Shown in pieces: positions 28,654 through 38,156 of a stretch of DNA of 64,000 bases. Both the position numbers and the translations under genes were made by a program. Within the stretch, counting starts at the first letter, position 1. Each line of letters opens with the position of its first letter. The stretch comes from a virus (taxonomy: Duplodnaviria > Caudoviricetes), in the IMG/VR virus record IMGVR_UViG_3300028887_000090, positions 1-64,000 of that record; one strand, 5' to 3'. Under the pieces are notes generated by a model, which worked only from the letters and a program-made list of their open reading frames with translations, ran no database searches and was not told the DNA's origin.

Positions 28654-29376
28654 TTACTTCACGCCCTCTTTGCCCTCGTTATAGAGTTTGGCCAGTTCCG
28701 CGTTCTGGCGTTCGATGATATCCATGAGCCGGTTGCGCTCTGCATCGAACTGTGCCTGACAGTCGCGACGGATGCGATCTTCGCGCTCGTGGCTGTCGCG
28801 CTCTAACTGACGGAGCTCGTTGGCGTGTTCGAGTTTGAGACGGAGGATAGCTTCTGACTCAGGCATTGGCTCTGAGGAGCCAGGGACACATTGGGGACAG
28901 TCCCTCTGTAATCCGCTATCGCTACTCACAGCAGGGACAGTCCCCATTGTGTCCCCATGATTCACCGCTGCGCCACCCACGTAGTAACGATCCTTTTCTA
29001 AGAGGCCCTTTGTGACCATGCGCTCCTGGGATTGGGAGGAAATGAGGCGTGTGGTGATGTGGGTCTCGATGATCGATTTGCCCGCCGTGTTGTTGATGCC
29101 GTAGTCGTCGGTGGGTGTGGTCTGGCTGTCTGCGTCCGGTGGTAGGATGTGCAGGGTGCTCTCGCCGTCGGCATCGAAGAAGAAACGGCTCATGGGAATG
29201 TTGTAGTAGTTGCACAAACGTAGCATGGCCGTGAGGTGGATGGGAGTCTTACCATCCAGCCAGCGGTTGATGCCTGTGTAGTCTGAACTGCCTAATGCCT
29301 CCAGGAGGTCACGCTTCGACAGTTTGTTTTCCTCGCGAAACTCGCTGAGAAACCTGTAATTGTACGAGTAATCCAT
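28654..29376 (-). CDS. XRE/CI-like HTH repressor
   Basis: N-terminal HTH (LSKRDLLEALG...INRWLDGK...MLRLCNYYNI), divergent from replication operon. Confidence 0.75.
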   Translation of the reverse strand: MDYSYNYRFLSEFREENKLSKRDLLEALGSSDYTGINRWLDGKTPIHLTAMLRLCNYYNIPMSRFFFDADGESTLHILPPDADSQTTPTDDYGINNTAGKSIIETHITTRLISSQSQERMVTKGLLEKDRYYVGGAAVNHGDTMGTVPAVSSDSGLQRDCPQCVPGSSEPMPESEAILRLKLEHANELRQLERDSHEREDRIRRDCQAQFDAERNRLMDIIERQNAELAKLYNEGKEGVK

Positions 29377-29468
29377 AATCTTTTTCGTTTTAATGTTATT
29401 TAACTAAACCTATCTGTAACAATTCGTCGAAATGCCTACTTATATATTATATGATATGTACTGAATCT

Positions 29469-29553
29469 CAAATATGATATTTGTCGCTAAATGTTAAATT
29501 TGAAAGAAAACTTAGATAATATTTGGTTTGACAAAATAAAATGTTTACCTTTG
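29469..29553 (+). promoter_or_regulatory. perfect palindromic operator and rightward promoter
   Basis: CAAATATGATATTTG 29469-29483; second site 29511-29525 overlapping TTTG 29522-29525; TACCTTTG 29546-29553. Confidence 0.75.
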
Positions 29554-29587
29554 CGCAAAATTAAATAAAAAAATTCAAATATACAAT

Positions 29588-30097
29588 ATGATTATTGAAA
29601 AAATAACAGAGCCGAAAACTCACTTGGAGTGTAACGACCTTACACCATCTCAGAAGAAGGTGCTCTTTGCGGTGATGGCTAAGTATGGCGCTTTGCAGTA
29701 CTTTGCCTACGACCGTTTCTTCAAGGAGGGCTTTCACGAGTGGGAACTGAAGGGTATCAATCAGATCAAGCGCGACTTCATCGATGCCCACCGTGCCGAG
29801 ATCTTCCCTGACGGGGTAGATACCCACCTGTTGCCCACCATCGACGAAATGGTGAACGGCAAGGGTGTGTTCTATCGAGTGCTGGGTATGTCGTTTGGTC
29901 TGAAGAAGGTGTTCACGGAACACATGAACCAGATGGGCATGGGCTCGAACTCCGTGCTGAATAAGTTCTCGACCGACGACTGGAGCGACTACGAGCGCAT
30001 CGGTGTGAAGGCATGTATCGAAGAGTTTGAGCGTGAGATAGAGAAGGGAGGCTCTGGTGAAGAAACTATGCCGCAGGGGAAGGCCGCAGAAGGATAG
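29588..30097 (+). CDS. hypothetical protein (Cro position)
   Basis: 169-aa ORF divergent from repressor. Confidence 0.7.
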   Translation: MIIEKITEPKTHLECNDLTPSQKKVLFAVMAKYGALQYFAYDRFFKEGFHEWELKGINQIKRDFIDAHRAEIFPDGVDTHLLPTIDEMVNGKGVFYRVLGMSFGLKKVFTEHMNQMGMGSNSVLNKFSTDDWSDYERIGVKACIEEFEREIEKGGSGEETMPQGKAAEG

Positions 30098-30440
30098 TTA
30101 CCGACCGCTGCATGTCGTGGCAGTGGTCGATGACAGAGACGCACAGGACGGTGAGGTGTGCTTCCAGTTTCGCGGAGCCAATCGTCAGTTGCTCACGCGC
30201 ACTTTCGACTATCTGATAGGATGTGGTCACGGCATTGCCCAGCGCGTCACCGTCCGCGAGACCCACGATGTCATCAGGCGCATTGGTAAGAACCTTCAGC
30301 GAATAGAGGTCACGCTGCACGAGCCCAATTTCCGCTTCGCCTCGCTGTCTGACATGAAGCTGCTGATAGAAGCTACCCTGAAACGTCTGCATCCCTGCCA
30401 CTTCCAATGGTTGAACCTGACGAAATTCTTTAATTTCTAA
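30057..30440 (+). CDS. hypothetical protein
   Basis: 127-aa ORF. Confidence 0.6.
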   Translation: MKKLCRRGRPQKDSYRPLHVVAVVDDRDAQDGEVCFQFRGANRQLLTRTFDYLIGCGHGIAQRVTVRETHDVIRRIGKNLQRIEVTLHEPNFRFASLSDMKLLIEATLKRLHPCHFQWLNLTKFFNF

Positions 30441-30456
30441 TTGAAAATTGACAATT

Positions 30457-31101
30457 ATGACGAAGATCGTTGACATTACCTTTGATTTCGAAACATTATC
30501 CCTGGCGAGCAATGCCGCTGTGTTGCAGTTGGCCGCCGTAGTATTTAACCGCTATGCCGTCGATGCCCAAGAGCTGTTCCCCAAGGCTATTGCTCCCTTC
30601 GAGGCGAAGGTGGATATCCGTTCGTGTGTGGCCGACGGCTTCGATTTCAATCCGTCCACAGTCAAATGGTGGAGTGAGAAACCCGAAGAGGTGAAACGTG
30701 AGGTGCTGACCGGCAACTGCTATCCCCTGAGCGAGGTGATGACGAATTTCATCGACTGGCTGTGTGAGGTTAAGAACTTTACAGAGGCCGACGTGCTTAT
30801 TCTCTGGGCGCAAGGCTCCGACTTTGACGTGAGCATCCTGCGCACCATCCTGCGTCGCTACGATATGGAGAAAGTTTTCCCCGTCCACTTCCACGACTGT
30901 CGTGATGCCCGTACCTTCATTGCCGAGATTGGCGACCGCTATTGTCTGTTGCATCACGACGGTCTGGCAGACCATAAGAAAGTATATGATGCCATGCCTC
31001 CCTATCCGGAGGAAGGCAATGTGCATAGTGCCACCTACGACTGTCGCCGTACCTCATGGGCCTTATGGCAGTGTTTCTCGATGTTACCTGACGTGGATTA
31101 A
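30457..31101 (+). CDS. DEDD-family 3'-5' exonuclease
   Basis: DFETL, WAQGSDFD, RDART, HSATYDC. Confidence 0.85.
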   Translation: MTKIVDITFDFETLSLASNAAVLQLAAVVFNRYAVDAQELFPKAIAPFEAKVDIRSCVADGFDFNPSTVKWWSEKPEEVKREVLTGNCYPLSEVMTNFIDWLCEVKNFTEADVLILWAQGSDFDVSILRTILRRYDMEKVFPVHFHDCRDARTFIAEIGDRYCLLHHDGLADHKKVYDAMPPYPEEGNVHSATYDCRRTSWALWQCFSMLPDVD

Positions 31102-31106
31102 GGCGT

Positions 31107-34100
31107 ATGATCTACGACCCACTGATTGATGAATTGGCAGCGCTGCCTTTGCAGATGCTTGTGACACCCGCCGACCAACAGACCGAGGAAGGTCAGTTGG
31201 CCTGTTGGTGTCCGTTCTGTAAGACGGCCCCAGGTAGTCAGTCGTCTGGTCAGCAGCAGAAGTCCACACCCCACTTCATTATCTACCAGCGCAAGCGTGG
31301 CGGTCTCTATGGCAAGCCCGTAGAACACTGGTTCTGTACCAAGACCAAGCGTGGTGGCTATGGTGCCATCGAACTCTATGCCGCCATGAAGGGTTATGGC
31401 TATTGGTGGCAGAAGGATTCCCACTCGCCTCAGACGTTTATCTGTGTGGGTGAGGATCTGCGACACACCTGTATGGAACTCGCCGAGCATGCGGGCCATA
31501 CCCGTGAGGAACTGGAGGAGAAATGGCCCTCGCTCTGTTATAGGGACTTCCGACAGGTGGCCGTCCGTCCGCAGGAGGTTCTTACCTTTGAACCTAAGAC
31601 TGACTTCACGCCACAAGACCTGGCAGCCCTCGGTTGTACGACCTGGCTCAGTCGCGACGGCATCGAACAGTATGGTTTCGACACCCAGAATAAAGAATCA
31701 GCCTGGCATTTCCATCCGTCGGACATTCAGAAGGACTTCAAGGTGTGGGCCGTCGGTAAGGTGACGCTTCCTGCCGTTTCGCGTCAGGGTGAACCGCAAT
31801 CGGAGGTACTGATTAGTACCCCATGGAACCCTATCTTTATCGCCCTGTGTGATGACGAAAAGGAGGATTGCGGTAGCATCTTCCGACCCGCCATCGAAGA
31901 GCAGCCGCCGATGGTATTCAGTACCACCGAGGAACATACGCCCGCGAAGGTCAGCCGTTGGTTGGCTGGCGATAAGGTTTTCCTTCGTGCCGTAGAACTC
32001 CGCAATAGTGACCGTACCGGTGTGGCTGCCGCTATCAAGGAACTGGAAGAGGAAGAGCTCGAAGATGGCAATATCAGTAAGACCACGAAGGAATGGCAGC
32101 CCACCGTGAACAGCAAGGGTAATACCGTACTGGAACAGGTGGATGTGCCTATCGAGACCAAAGACATGAAGGCCCGTGCCGTCATCTATTGCACCACCGC
32201 TCAGGATGCTATTGCCACCTATTACCATCTGAAGGCTTTGCGCTGCACCTATCCGAAGGCATTCGGCAATCGTTGGTACCATGTGTGTTTCCCCTACGGA
32301 AACGTCCCCTTCAGCAGCGTACACTATAATAAGATGCACCGCTTTGCCGAGAGCATCTACACCCTCTACCCGTCGGCCACCAAGACCACCCTGAAGGCCC
32401 GCGACATCAGCTGTCGCTATCGTGACATCCTGCGTGCCGAACTGCCGGAGGGTATCGGCGACCGCATCCATCTGTATTTTCCCCGATTGTTCTGTCATCC
32501 CGTACAGACGGTGAGAGATTTCTTCCTGGCATACCGTATGTTGCCGCGAGAAGCCTTCCAGAACGATGAGGATATCAACCGCCTCTTCAGCAGCTGTATC
32601 ACGTCGGCATTATCCAGCGACCCCTTCGAGCGAAAAGAGAAAAGGGATAAGAACGGCATGGTGAAAGAGGTGTACTATACCATCAATCCCGCGACGCTCT
32701 GGGAGTTTATGGCATCGGCTGGCTATGCCCGTGACGTGCGCCCCGACGAAGCGGATAAGATAGGCCGCTTTGTTCATATTGACGGGCCGTTTGCCGACGA
32801 ACTGGAACCATCCTCTATGGTGCAGGCCACCATCGAACAGTTGAAGGCGTATGCCCGACAGTTGAACGATGCCCGTCCTGGCATGCCCGACGAATACGAG
32901 TTGATGGTGCAGGCCGTGCTCCGTGCCAATAAGGAGATCAACGAAAAAACCATTGCATCCCTGCCCAGCGTGAAGTTGAACTATAACGAAGGCTACGGGC
33001 GACACATTGAGCATTTCTTCTATGAGAATGGTGCCCTGCGTATTACCGACAATGAGATTACGCTGTTGCCCTATGACCAGATAGACTTCAATGTGGAGCG
33101 TGCCGAGAAGTTGCATTGGAACATCCAGCCATTGAAGGAACTGCCCTTCTCTATCTCTGAGAATCCGGAGTACCAGGAGCGTTTGGCCGCCATCGCCCGT
33201 AAGCAGAACGAAAAGGATGACCTGGGCAAACCGCTTTATACGCTGGTGCAGTTGGAGCAGGAAAAGAACGAACTGGCATTGTGGGCGCAGAGCCACCGGT
33301 GGATTGTGGACTGGAAAGGTAAGCACGAAGATGAAATGTGGCCCACCTTGCGCGTCATCCGTGGTTTTGCCAACGAGGAATGGGAACAGGAACAGCAGCT
33401 GCTTCACGATGGTAAGCAATTCAGCAGCGAGGAACAGATGGAACTCGACTGTCGCTTTGCCAACCTGATTTTTTGTCTCGGTCGTATGCTCTGGCGATAT
33501 AGGGATAGCAAATCGAACTGCATCAGTTATCTCATCGAGAATGTGGTATCAGCAGCAAACCGTGCAGAAGGTGGCTCAGGAAAGAGTACCTTCGTGCGTA
33601 TCTTTGCCGGTTGTGCGGCCCACATCCTGAACATCAACGGACGCGACCTGATTTCGAATAAGGAGTTTTCGGCCAACCTCGCCGAGTACCAGCACCATAA
33701 GCACCGCGTGGTGCATTGGGAGGATGTGGATGCCTCGCTCGATTTCGGTAAGCTCTACAACCTGACTACAGGTGATTTTAGCGTGCGCTATATGTATAAG
33801 GATCGTATCACCATCCCACTGAGCGAAGGCCCTGGGCATGTGGTTACTTCCAACTATCCGCTACACGACCTCGACGACTCTACCATGCGCCGTGTCTGTA
33901 TGGGAGGTTTTTCGCACCGTTTCTGTGGTCAGAACATTATGAAGAATAAGGCAGCCCGCTATATCAGCGATATCATGCCCGACTTCAACGCTGTTAGTCC
34001 TGATAAGCTGTCGGCCACCTCGCGTAATCAGATAGCAATGATCTGTGCGCTGGCCGTGCAGTTTGTGATGCGCTATGACGAAAAAGTGGATGCCCAGAAG

Positions 34101-34790
34101 AAATACATGGAGCAGCGTACCCTCACGCAGTCGTTGGGCGAAGCCTTCCTGCGTTTTGCCCGTGTGTTCTTTGCCCAGGAGCATGTCTATGGTGTCCCCG
34201 TGGATCTCGACTCGATGTTGGAGGAATACAAGAGCGACTTTGCCGAAGCCTCGAAAAACAAGACCGACTCATTCTCGCCGAAAGCCTTCAAGCGTCGTAT
34301 TCTGGACTACTGCGAGACAGCCGGTATTGTGATGAACCCGCCACAGCTCTTCAGACGTGCTGACGGTAAGGTGCTGAAGAAGGCCGAGCAGACCAACTAC
34401 TTCGCACACCAGGCATGGTGTACGCGCCGTTACTTTGAGGGCCGTGAGTGGGAGGATGACGCTACCATCGCACCCAAGCAGATCCGTGAACTTGTGCGTA
34501 CCGAGCATGCTGTGTATTTCTATCGTCAGGGCAAAGACAGCATCCCCGCCAACAATGACGAACTGATGAAGGTATATACCTCGTTTCTGAATGCCCCTGA
34601 CCCCGCACCTATCTGTGATGACAATGGCAATGAGGTGAGACTGACTGAGGAGGAGCAGAACCGTTGGCGCTCATACCTCGATGCCAAGCAGCGCAAGCGC
34701 ACCGCTACCAACCCCGCACCCCAAGCGACCGGAGGTGTTGAGTCTGCTGCTGTTCCACAGCAGCCACAGGAAGAAGATTTACCATTTTAA
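31107..34790 (+). CDS. primase-helicase-like replication protein
   Basis: N-terminal CPFC..H..C zinc motif, EGGSGKST P-loop, VHWED, VTSNY; 1227 aa. Confidence 0.75.
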   Translation: MIYDPLIDELAALPLQMLVTPADQQTEEGQLACWCPFCKTAPGSQSSGQQQKSTPHFIIYQRKRGGLYGKPVEHWFCTKTKRGGYGAIELYAAMKGYGYWWQKDSHSPQTFICVGEDLRHTCMELAEHAGHTREELEEKWPSLCYRDFRQVAVRPQEVLTFEPKTDFTPQDLAALGCTTWLSRDGIEQYGFDTQNKESAWHFHPSDIQKDFKVWAVGKVTLPAVSRQGEPQSEVLISTPWNPIFIALCDDEKEDCGSIFRPAIEEQPPMVFSTTEEHTPAKVSRWLAGDKVFLRAVELRNSDRTGVAAAIKELEEEELEDGNISKTTKEWQPTVNSKGNTVLEQVDVPIETKDMKARAVIYCTTAQDAIATYYHLKALRCTYPKAFGNRWYHVCFPYGNVPFSSVHYNKMHRFAESIYTLYPSATKTTLKARDISCRYRDILRAELPEGIGDRIHLYFPRLFCHPVQTVRDFFLAYRMLPREAFQNDEDINRLFSSCITSALSSDPFERKEKRDKNGMVKEVYYTINPATLWEFMASAGYARDVRPDEADKIGRFVHIDGPFADELEPSSMVQATIEQLKAYARQLNDARPGMPDEYELMVQAVLRANKEINEKTIASLPSVKLNYNEGYGRHIEHFFYENGALRITDNEITLLPYDQIDFNVERAEKLHWNIQPLKELPFSISENPEYQERLAAIARKQNEKDDLGKPLYTLVQLEQEKNELALWAQSHRWIVDWKGKHEDEMWPTLRVIRGFANEEWEQEQQLLHDGKQFSSEEQMELDCRFANLIFCLGRMLWRYRDSKSNCISYLIENVVSAANRAEGGSGKSTFVRIFAGCAAHILNINGRDLISNKEFSANLAEYQHHKHRVVHWEDVDASLDFGKLYNLTTGDFSVRYMYKDRITIPLSEGPGHVVTSNYPLHDLDDSTMRRVCMGGFSHRFCGQNIMKNKAARYISDIMPDFNAVSPDKLSATSRNQIAMICALAVQFVMRYDEKVDAQKKYMEQRTLTQSLGEAFLRFARVFFAQEHVYGVPVDLDSMLEEYKSDFAEASKNKTDSFSPKAFKRRILDYCETAGIVMNPPQLFRRADGKVLKKAEQTNYFAHQAWCTRRYFEGREWEDDATIAPKQIRELVRTEHAVYFYRQGKDSIPANNDELMKVYTSFLNAPDPAPICDDNGNEVRLTEEEQNRWRSYLDAKQRKRTATNPAPQATGGVESAAVPQQPQEEDLPF

Positions 34791-34803
34791 AAGATAAACA
34801 ATT

Positions 34804-35421
34804 ATGAGTAAGTACAGATTTTCTATTGACGCGGGCATTTTCACTGGAGCCCGTTACATTGAGCCGGAGTTTCCCACCGCCGACGGTAAAGGTAAGGTGA
34901 AGATTCCTGGTATTTTCATTCCCACTGGTATCAACGGCATCGACATCAAGGCCGACACCCGCGATGAGGGCAAGCGTAATCCGAGCGGTTTCCGTGCCTT
35001 CCTCACCTTCGTACATCGTGGACTGAGTGGTAAGTATATCCAGACCATCCGCGACCGTCTGACCCGTGAGGGCGAACAGATTACCGCCTATAACGTGCCT
35101 GCCTATTCGGTATGCTACACGTTGCCCGAAGAGAAGCGTGCCAAGATCCGTGCCGTCCTCGCCAAACGTGTGATTGCCGAGCATCCGGAATTGGCCAACC
35201 AGACCGACACGCAGGGCACCGACCTGGCAAAGGCTATCTCTACGCTGATGCCCTTCCAGATGGGTGACTCGTATCTCATCGAGGAACAGAACGCCCAGCA
35301 GCAGCCACGTAACAGCAGCGCACCCGTCGCTCAGGGTGTGACCGGCTACTCTACCCAGGCACCAACAGACTATGCAGACCCCTTCGGAGGCGAAGATGCA
35401 CCCGACGATCTGCCATTCTAA
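34804..35421 (+). CDS. SSB-like protein
   Basis: Q/P-rich linker and acidic DDLPF C-terminus; sits in replication module. Confidence 0.55.
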   Translation: MSKYRFSIDAGIFTGARYIEPEFPTADGKGKVKIPGIFIPTGINGIDIKADTRDEGKRNPSGFRAFLTFVHRGLSGKYIQTIRDRLTREGEQITAYNVPAYSVCYTLPEEKRAKIRAVLAKRVIAEHPELANQTDTQGTDLAKAISTLMPFQMGDSYLIEEQNAQQQPRNSSAPVAQGVTGYSTQAPTDYADPFGGEDAPDDLPF

Positions 35422-35441
35422 CGAATTAAACGAATTGAGTT

Positions 35442-36590
35442 ATGAGGTTTAATGTTTCCGCAAAAGAATTGCTCCGTGTGCTGAAGGCCACTGGAGCCGT
35501 GATGCAGAAGAAGTGTTCGCTGCCGATATTGCTCGACCACCTCTTTACCGAGCGTGATGGTAAATTCTTTATCACTGGTTCATCACAGGAAAACTCATTG
35601 TGCATGCCTATCAATCTGACGCTCGACAGCGAGACGGACTTTGAGAAGTTCTGCCTCCAGTGTAATGATATCATCGGACTGTTGGGCTCACTGCCTGAGC
35701 AGCCTGTGGAGATCGATGTGGATATGCAGGCATTGGTGGCGAAGTTCAAGTATGCCACTGGTATGGTGAGCGTCCCCGTAGAGCGTGCTGATGAATATCC
35801 CGCTGTGGCAAAGATGACCACCCCGACCACCAGTTTCGAGATAGAGACAAAAATTCTGTTCCCCGCGATGAAGGCTGCCACCTCGTGCTGTACGCCCGAC
35901 GATCCCTTGCGTCCCGTATTCAGTGCCGTATGTCTCGACGTGCAGGATGAGGGTGTTATCTTCGTGGCTACCAATGGTCATAAACTCTATAAGTATGCCT
36001 ACCAGCATGGCCTTCCGTTCCTGACGGGTGAGAAGCGTGTCATCCTGATACACAACTCGCTCATCGGTACCCTCTCCGCACCGTTCGCCGGTCTGGAAAC
36101 CGTTACTGTGACCCACGATGGTAAGCACATGTGTATCGAGTCTGGTGACATCGCCTTTACCATCCGCGATATCGAAGGTAAATATCCCAACTACAATTCA
36201 GTTATCCCGTCGGAATGCCCCTATCATGCTATCCTGCCCGTTTCGAACCTGATAGGTGCTGCCCGTCGTGTGTCGCTGATGGCCTCGGAGTCGTCGAATA
36301 TGGTACGACTGACTAAGGAAGGCATGTTCCTGAATCTCTCTGCCGAGGATAACGATTTTTCTAAGGCTGCCAACGAGAACCTGGTACTCGCCGAGGTGGA
36401 GGATGCCATGAATATCCCCGACGGCTTCAGTATCGGTTGTAAGTGTGCGCATATCATCGAATTGCTGGGTAACATCAGTACCGACAATGTGCGCCTGGAA
36501 CTCACTTCTAACTCGAAGCCCATCCTGTTCAAAGAGGATGCCGACAATTCCGTACTTACTGAGCTCACCATGCCCATGCAGTTGAATTAG
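35442..36590 (+). CDS. dnaN: DNA polymerase III beta sliding clamp
   Basis: LPIL, RPVFSAV, VATNGHKL, IEGKYPNYNSVIP, LTMPMQL. Confidence 0.93.
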   Translation: MRFNVSAKELLRVLKATGAVMQKKCSLPILLDHLFTERDGKFFITGSSQENSLCMPINLTLDSETDFEKFCLQCNDIIGLLGSLPEQPVEIDVDMQALVAKFKYATGMVSVPVERADEYPAVAKMTTPTTSFEIETKILFPAMKAATSCCTPDDPLRPVFSAVCLDVQDEGVIFVATNGHKLYKYAYQHGLPFLTGEKRVILIHNSLIGTLSAPFAGLETVTVTHDGKHMCIESGDIAFTIRDIEGKYPNYNSVIPSECPYHAILPVSNLIGAARRVSLMASESSNMVRLTKEGMFLNLSAEDNDFSKAANENLVLAEVEDAMNIPDGFSIGCKCAHIIELLGNISTDNVRLELTSNSKPILFKEDADNSVLTELTMPMQLN

Positions 36591-36591
36591 T

Positions 36592-36909
36592 ATGAGGAAA
36601 GAATACTATTGCTTCTACCAGATGGGGCATACCTTCTACTACATCTTTGACGATGGTACGGTACGCTCGACACGTAACGTACTGTCGCCCATCGATACGT
36701 GGAAGGTCATCGCCACCTATAACGGCAAGGGCTATCGTCGCATTCGCATTCAGGGTAAGACGTTCAAGGTGCATCGTCTCGTGGCCACGGCATTTATTCC
36801 AAACCCCGATAATCTGCCTTACGTCCTACATAAGGATGGCAACCGCGAGAACAATGATTTTAGAAATCTCGAATGGAGCGCCGTACAGTCAAATCACAAA
36901 GACCAGTAA
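36592..36909 (+). CDS. HNH endonuclease
   Basis: VHRLVATAFIPNP...VLHKDGNRENNDFRNLEW. Confidence 0.9.
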   Translation: MRKEYYCFYQMGHTFYYIFDDGTVRSTRNVLSPIDTWKVIATYNGKGYRRIRIQGKTFKVHRLVATAFIPNPDNLPYVLHKDGNRENNDFRNLEWSAVQSNHKDQ

Positions 36910-37039
36910 TATTGGGCCGTTATTCCGACTCGCAGAATGGCATTGTGGTATCTCCTGATGGTATCGCATTGTGTTTGGCAGGGGGGGTAATGGCCATGAT
37001 ACGGACAAACCAAAGGTATTGATAGAATATGAACTCTAA
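36873..37039 (+). pseudogene. TRD-like cassette A, out of frame (G7; G8 restores)
   Basis: MERR...SQNGIVVSPDGIALCLAG|GGNGHDTDKPKVLIEYEL*; tract 36981-36987. Confidence 0.8.
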
Positions 37040-37349
37040 TCGTATATTGCAGCGACACAACAGATGCGGAGGATTATGCCATAACTCTCCGCGTCTGCAT
37101 GCTGTGATAGTCCGTTGCTGTGTCTATCTGGGTGATTGTGGCGGTTGGTGGAACTCGATACATCCCTCCCGTCTGGGTATGATGATACTGAGGGTGATGA
37201 GCATCGATCCTTATGATATCTATAATAAGGTATATGATGGCTACACCACTCATAGCCGTTCGTATATCCGTGCTGATATCCGTTTCCGTTTGTCGTTGCT
37301 CCAGCAGCTGCTATTCCTTTTGTTGGTCATTCTCTTGCTATGCCTATGA
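37029..37349 (+). CDS. atypical ORF inside the cassette array (no G tract, no IEY tail)
   Basis: starts in the tail of cassette A; stop overlaps ATG of cassette B. Confidence 0.4.
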   Translation: MNSNRILQRHNRCGGLCHNSPRLHAVIVRCCVYLGDCGGWWNSIHPSRLGMMILRVMSIDPYDIYNKVYDGYTTHSRSYIRADIRFRLSLLQQLLFLLLVILLLCL

Positions 37350-37489
37350 AGGGTGAGGTGGTGATGGTGCTCGGATCGTTGCAGAACCATGCAGCGATAG
37401 TGGATGTACGAGGGGGGGGCAAAGCGTGTCCCTGCATCGGTACTACAGACTTTGGACTACCTAAAATAATCGTAGAATATGAATTGTAA
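37346..37489 (+). CDS. TRD-like cassette B, in frame (G8)
   Basis: MKGEVVMVLGSLQNHAAIVDVRGGGKACPCIGTTDFGLPKIIVEYEL*; tract 37412-37419. Confidence 0.8.
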   Translation: MKGEVVMVLGSLQNHAAIVDVRGGGKACPCIGTTDFGLPKIIVEYEL

Positions 37490-37630
37490 TGGTATAATAC
37501 GGGTAGGAAACCTATATTACGACTCGTTTCGTAATGGTTTCGATGGCAATGTTCAGGGCATTTCCGGCATTGCCCAGACCGTGTTAGCCGCAAATGGGGG
37601 GGGTATATCTTGATAGAGTATGAGATTTAA
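37479..37630 (+). pseudogene. TRD-like cassette C, out of frame (G8; G9 restores)
   Basis: MNCNGIIRVGNLYYDSFRNGFDGNVQGISGIAQTVLAANGGG|YILIEYEI*; tract 37596-37603. Confidence 0.8.
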
Positions 37631-37807
37631 GACGACTAATGTGGGCGTTACAAAGCCGATTAGGGGGGGCAAATCCGACCTGTCAATGTTACGCAAGATC
37701 TTTGCGCTGCCACTCTCACTACCCGCTACGATGCTGTTGGGCCTACTAATATTATCACTTTGGCCCATTACCCGATGACAGTTGTATTGATAGAGCATGA
37801 TTTGTAA
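37620..37807 (+). pseudogene. TRD-like cassette D, out of frame (G7; G8 restores)
   Basis: MRFK...IRGG|QIRPVNVTQDLCAATLTTRYDAVGPTNIITLAHYPMTVVLIEHDL*; tract 37663-37669. Confidence 0.8.
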
Positions 37808-37979
37808 GGCTATTGGTTGGACGCGAAGCGGTTCCGGACGTGGTGATGTCATCAGTTACCATCTGAAGGATATCTGCAACTGCATTACTTCCTTTGTAGG
37901 GGGGGGTATTGGCAAGGATTCAGTAACAGGCATGTATAACACAACTCCGTATATTTTGATTGAGTATGAACTATTATAA
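37797..37979 (+). CDS. TRD-like cassette E, in frame (G8)
   Basis: MICKAIGWTR...KDICNCITSFVGGG...NTTPYILIEYELL*; tract 37899-37906. Confidence 0.8.
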   Translation: MICKAIGWTRSGSGRGDVISYHLKDICNCITSFVGGGIGKDSVTGMYNTTPYILIEYELL

Positions 37980-38156
37980 TTCGCGTCTGTGCGAAATGAT
38001 TAGGGGGGGCAATGGCGACCACAATATCATGGCGAAATGCTTGACACCTATAACCAGAACGCCCATCGTAAGGTAGCGATAACCGTTTTGGCTGGCATCA
38101 GTTCGCGAAACCACTATTTTGTTTGTGAAGAAAGAACCAATAAATTCAGAAAGTAT
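37966..38156 (+). pseudogene. TRD-like cassette F, out of frame (G7); with G8 it reads in frame into the MTase
   Basis: MNYYNSRLCEMIRGG|QWRPQYHGEMLDTYNQNAHRKVAITVLAGISSRNHYFVCEE; tract 38003-38009. Confidence 0.75.
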
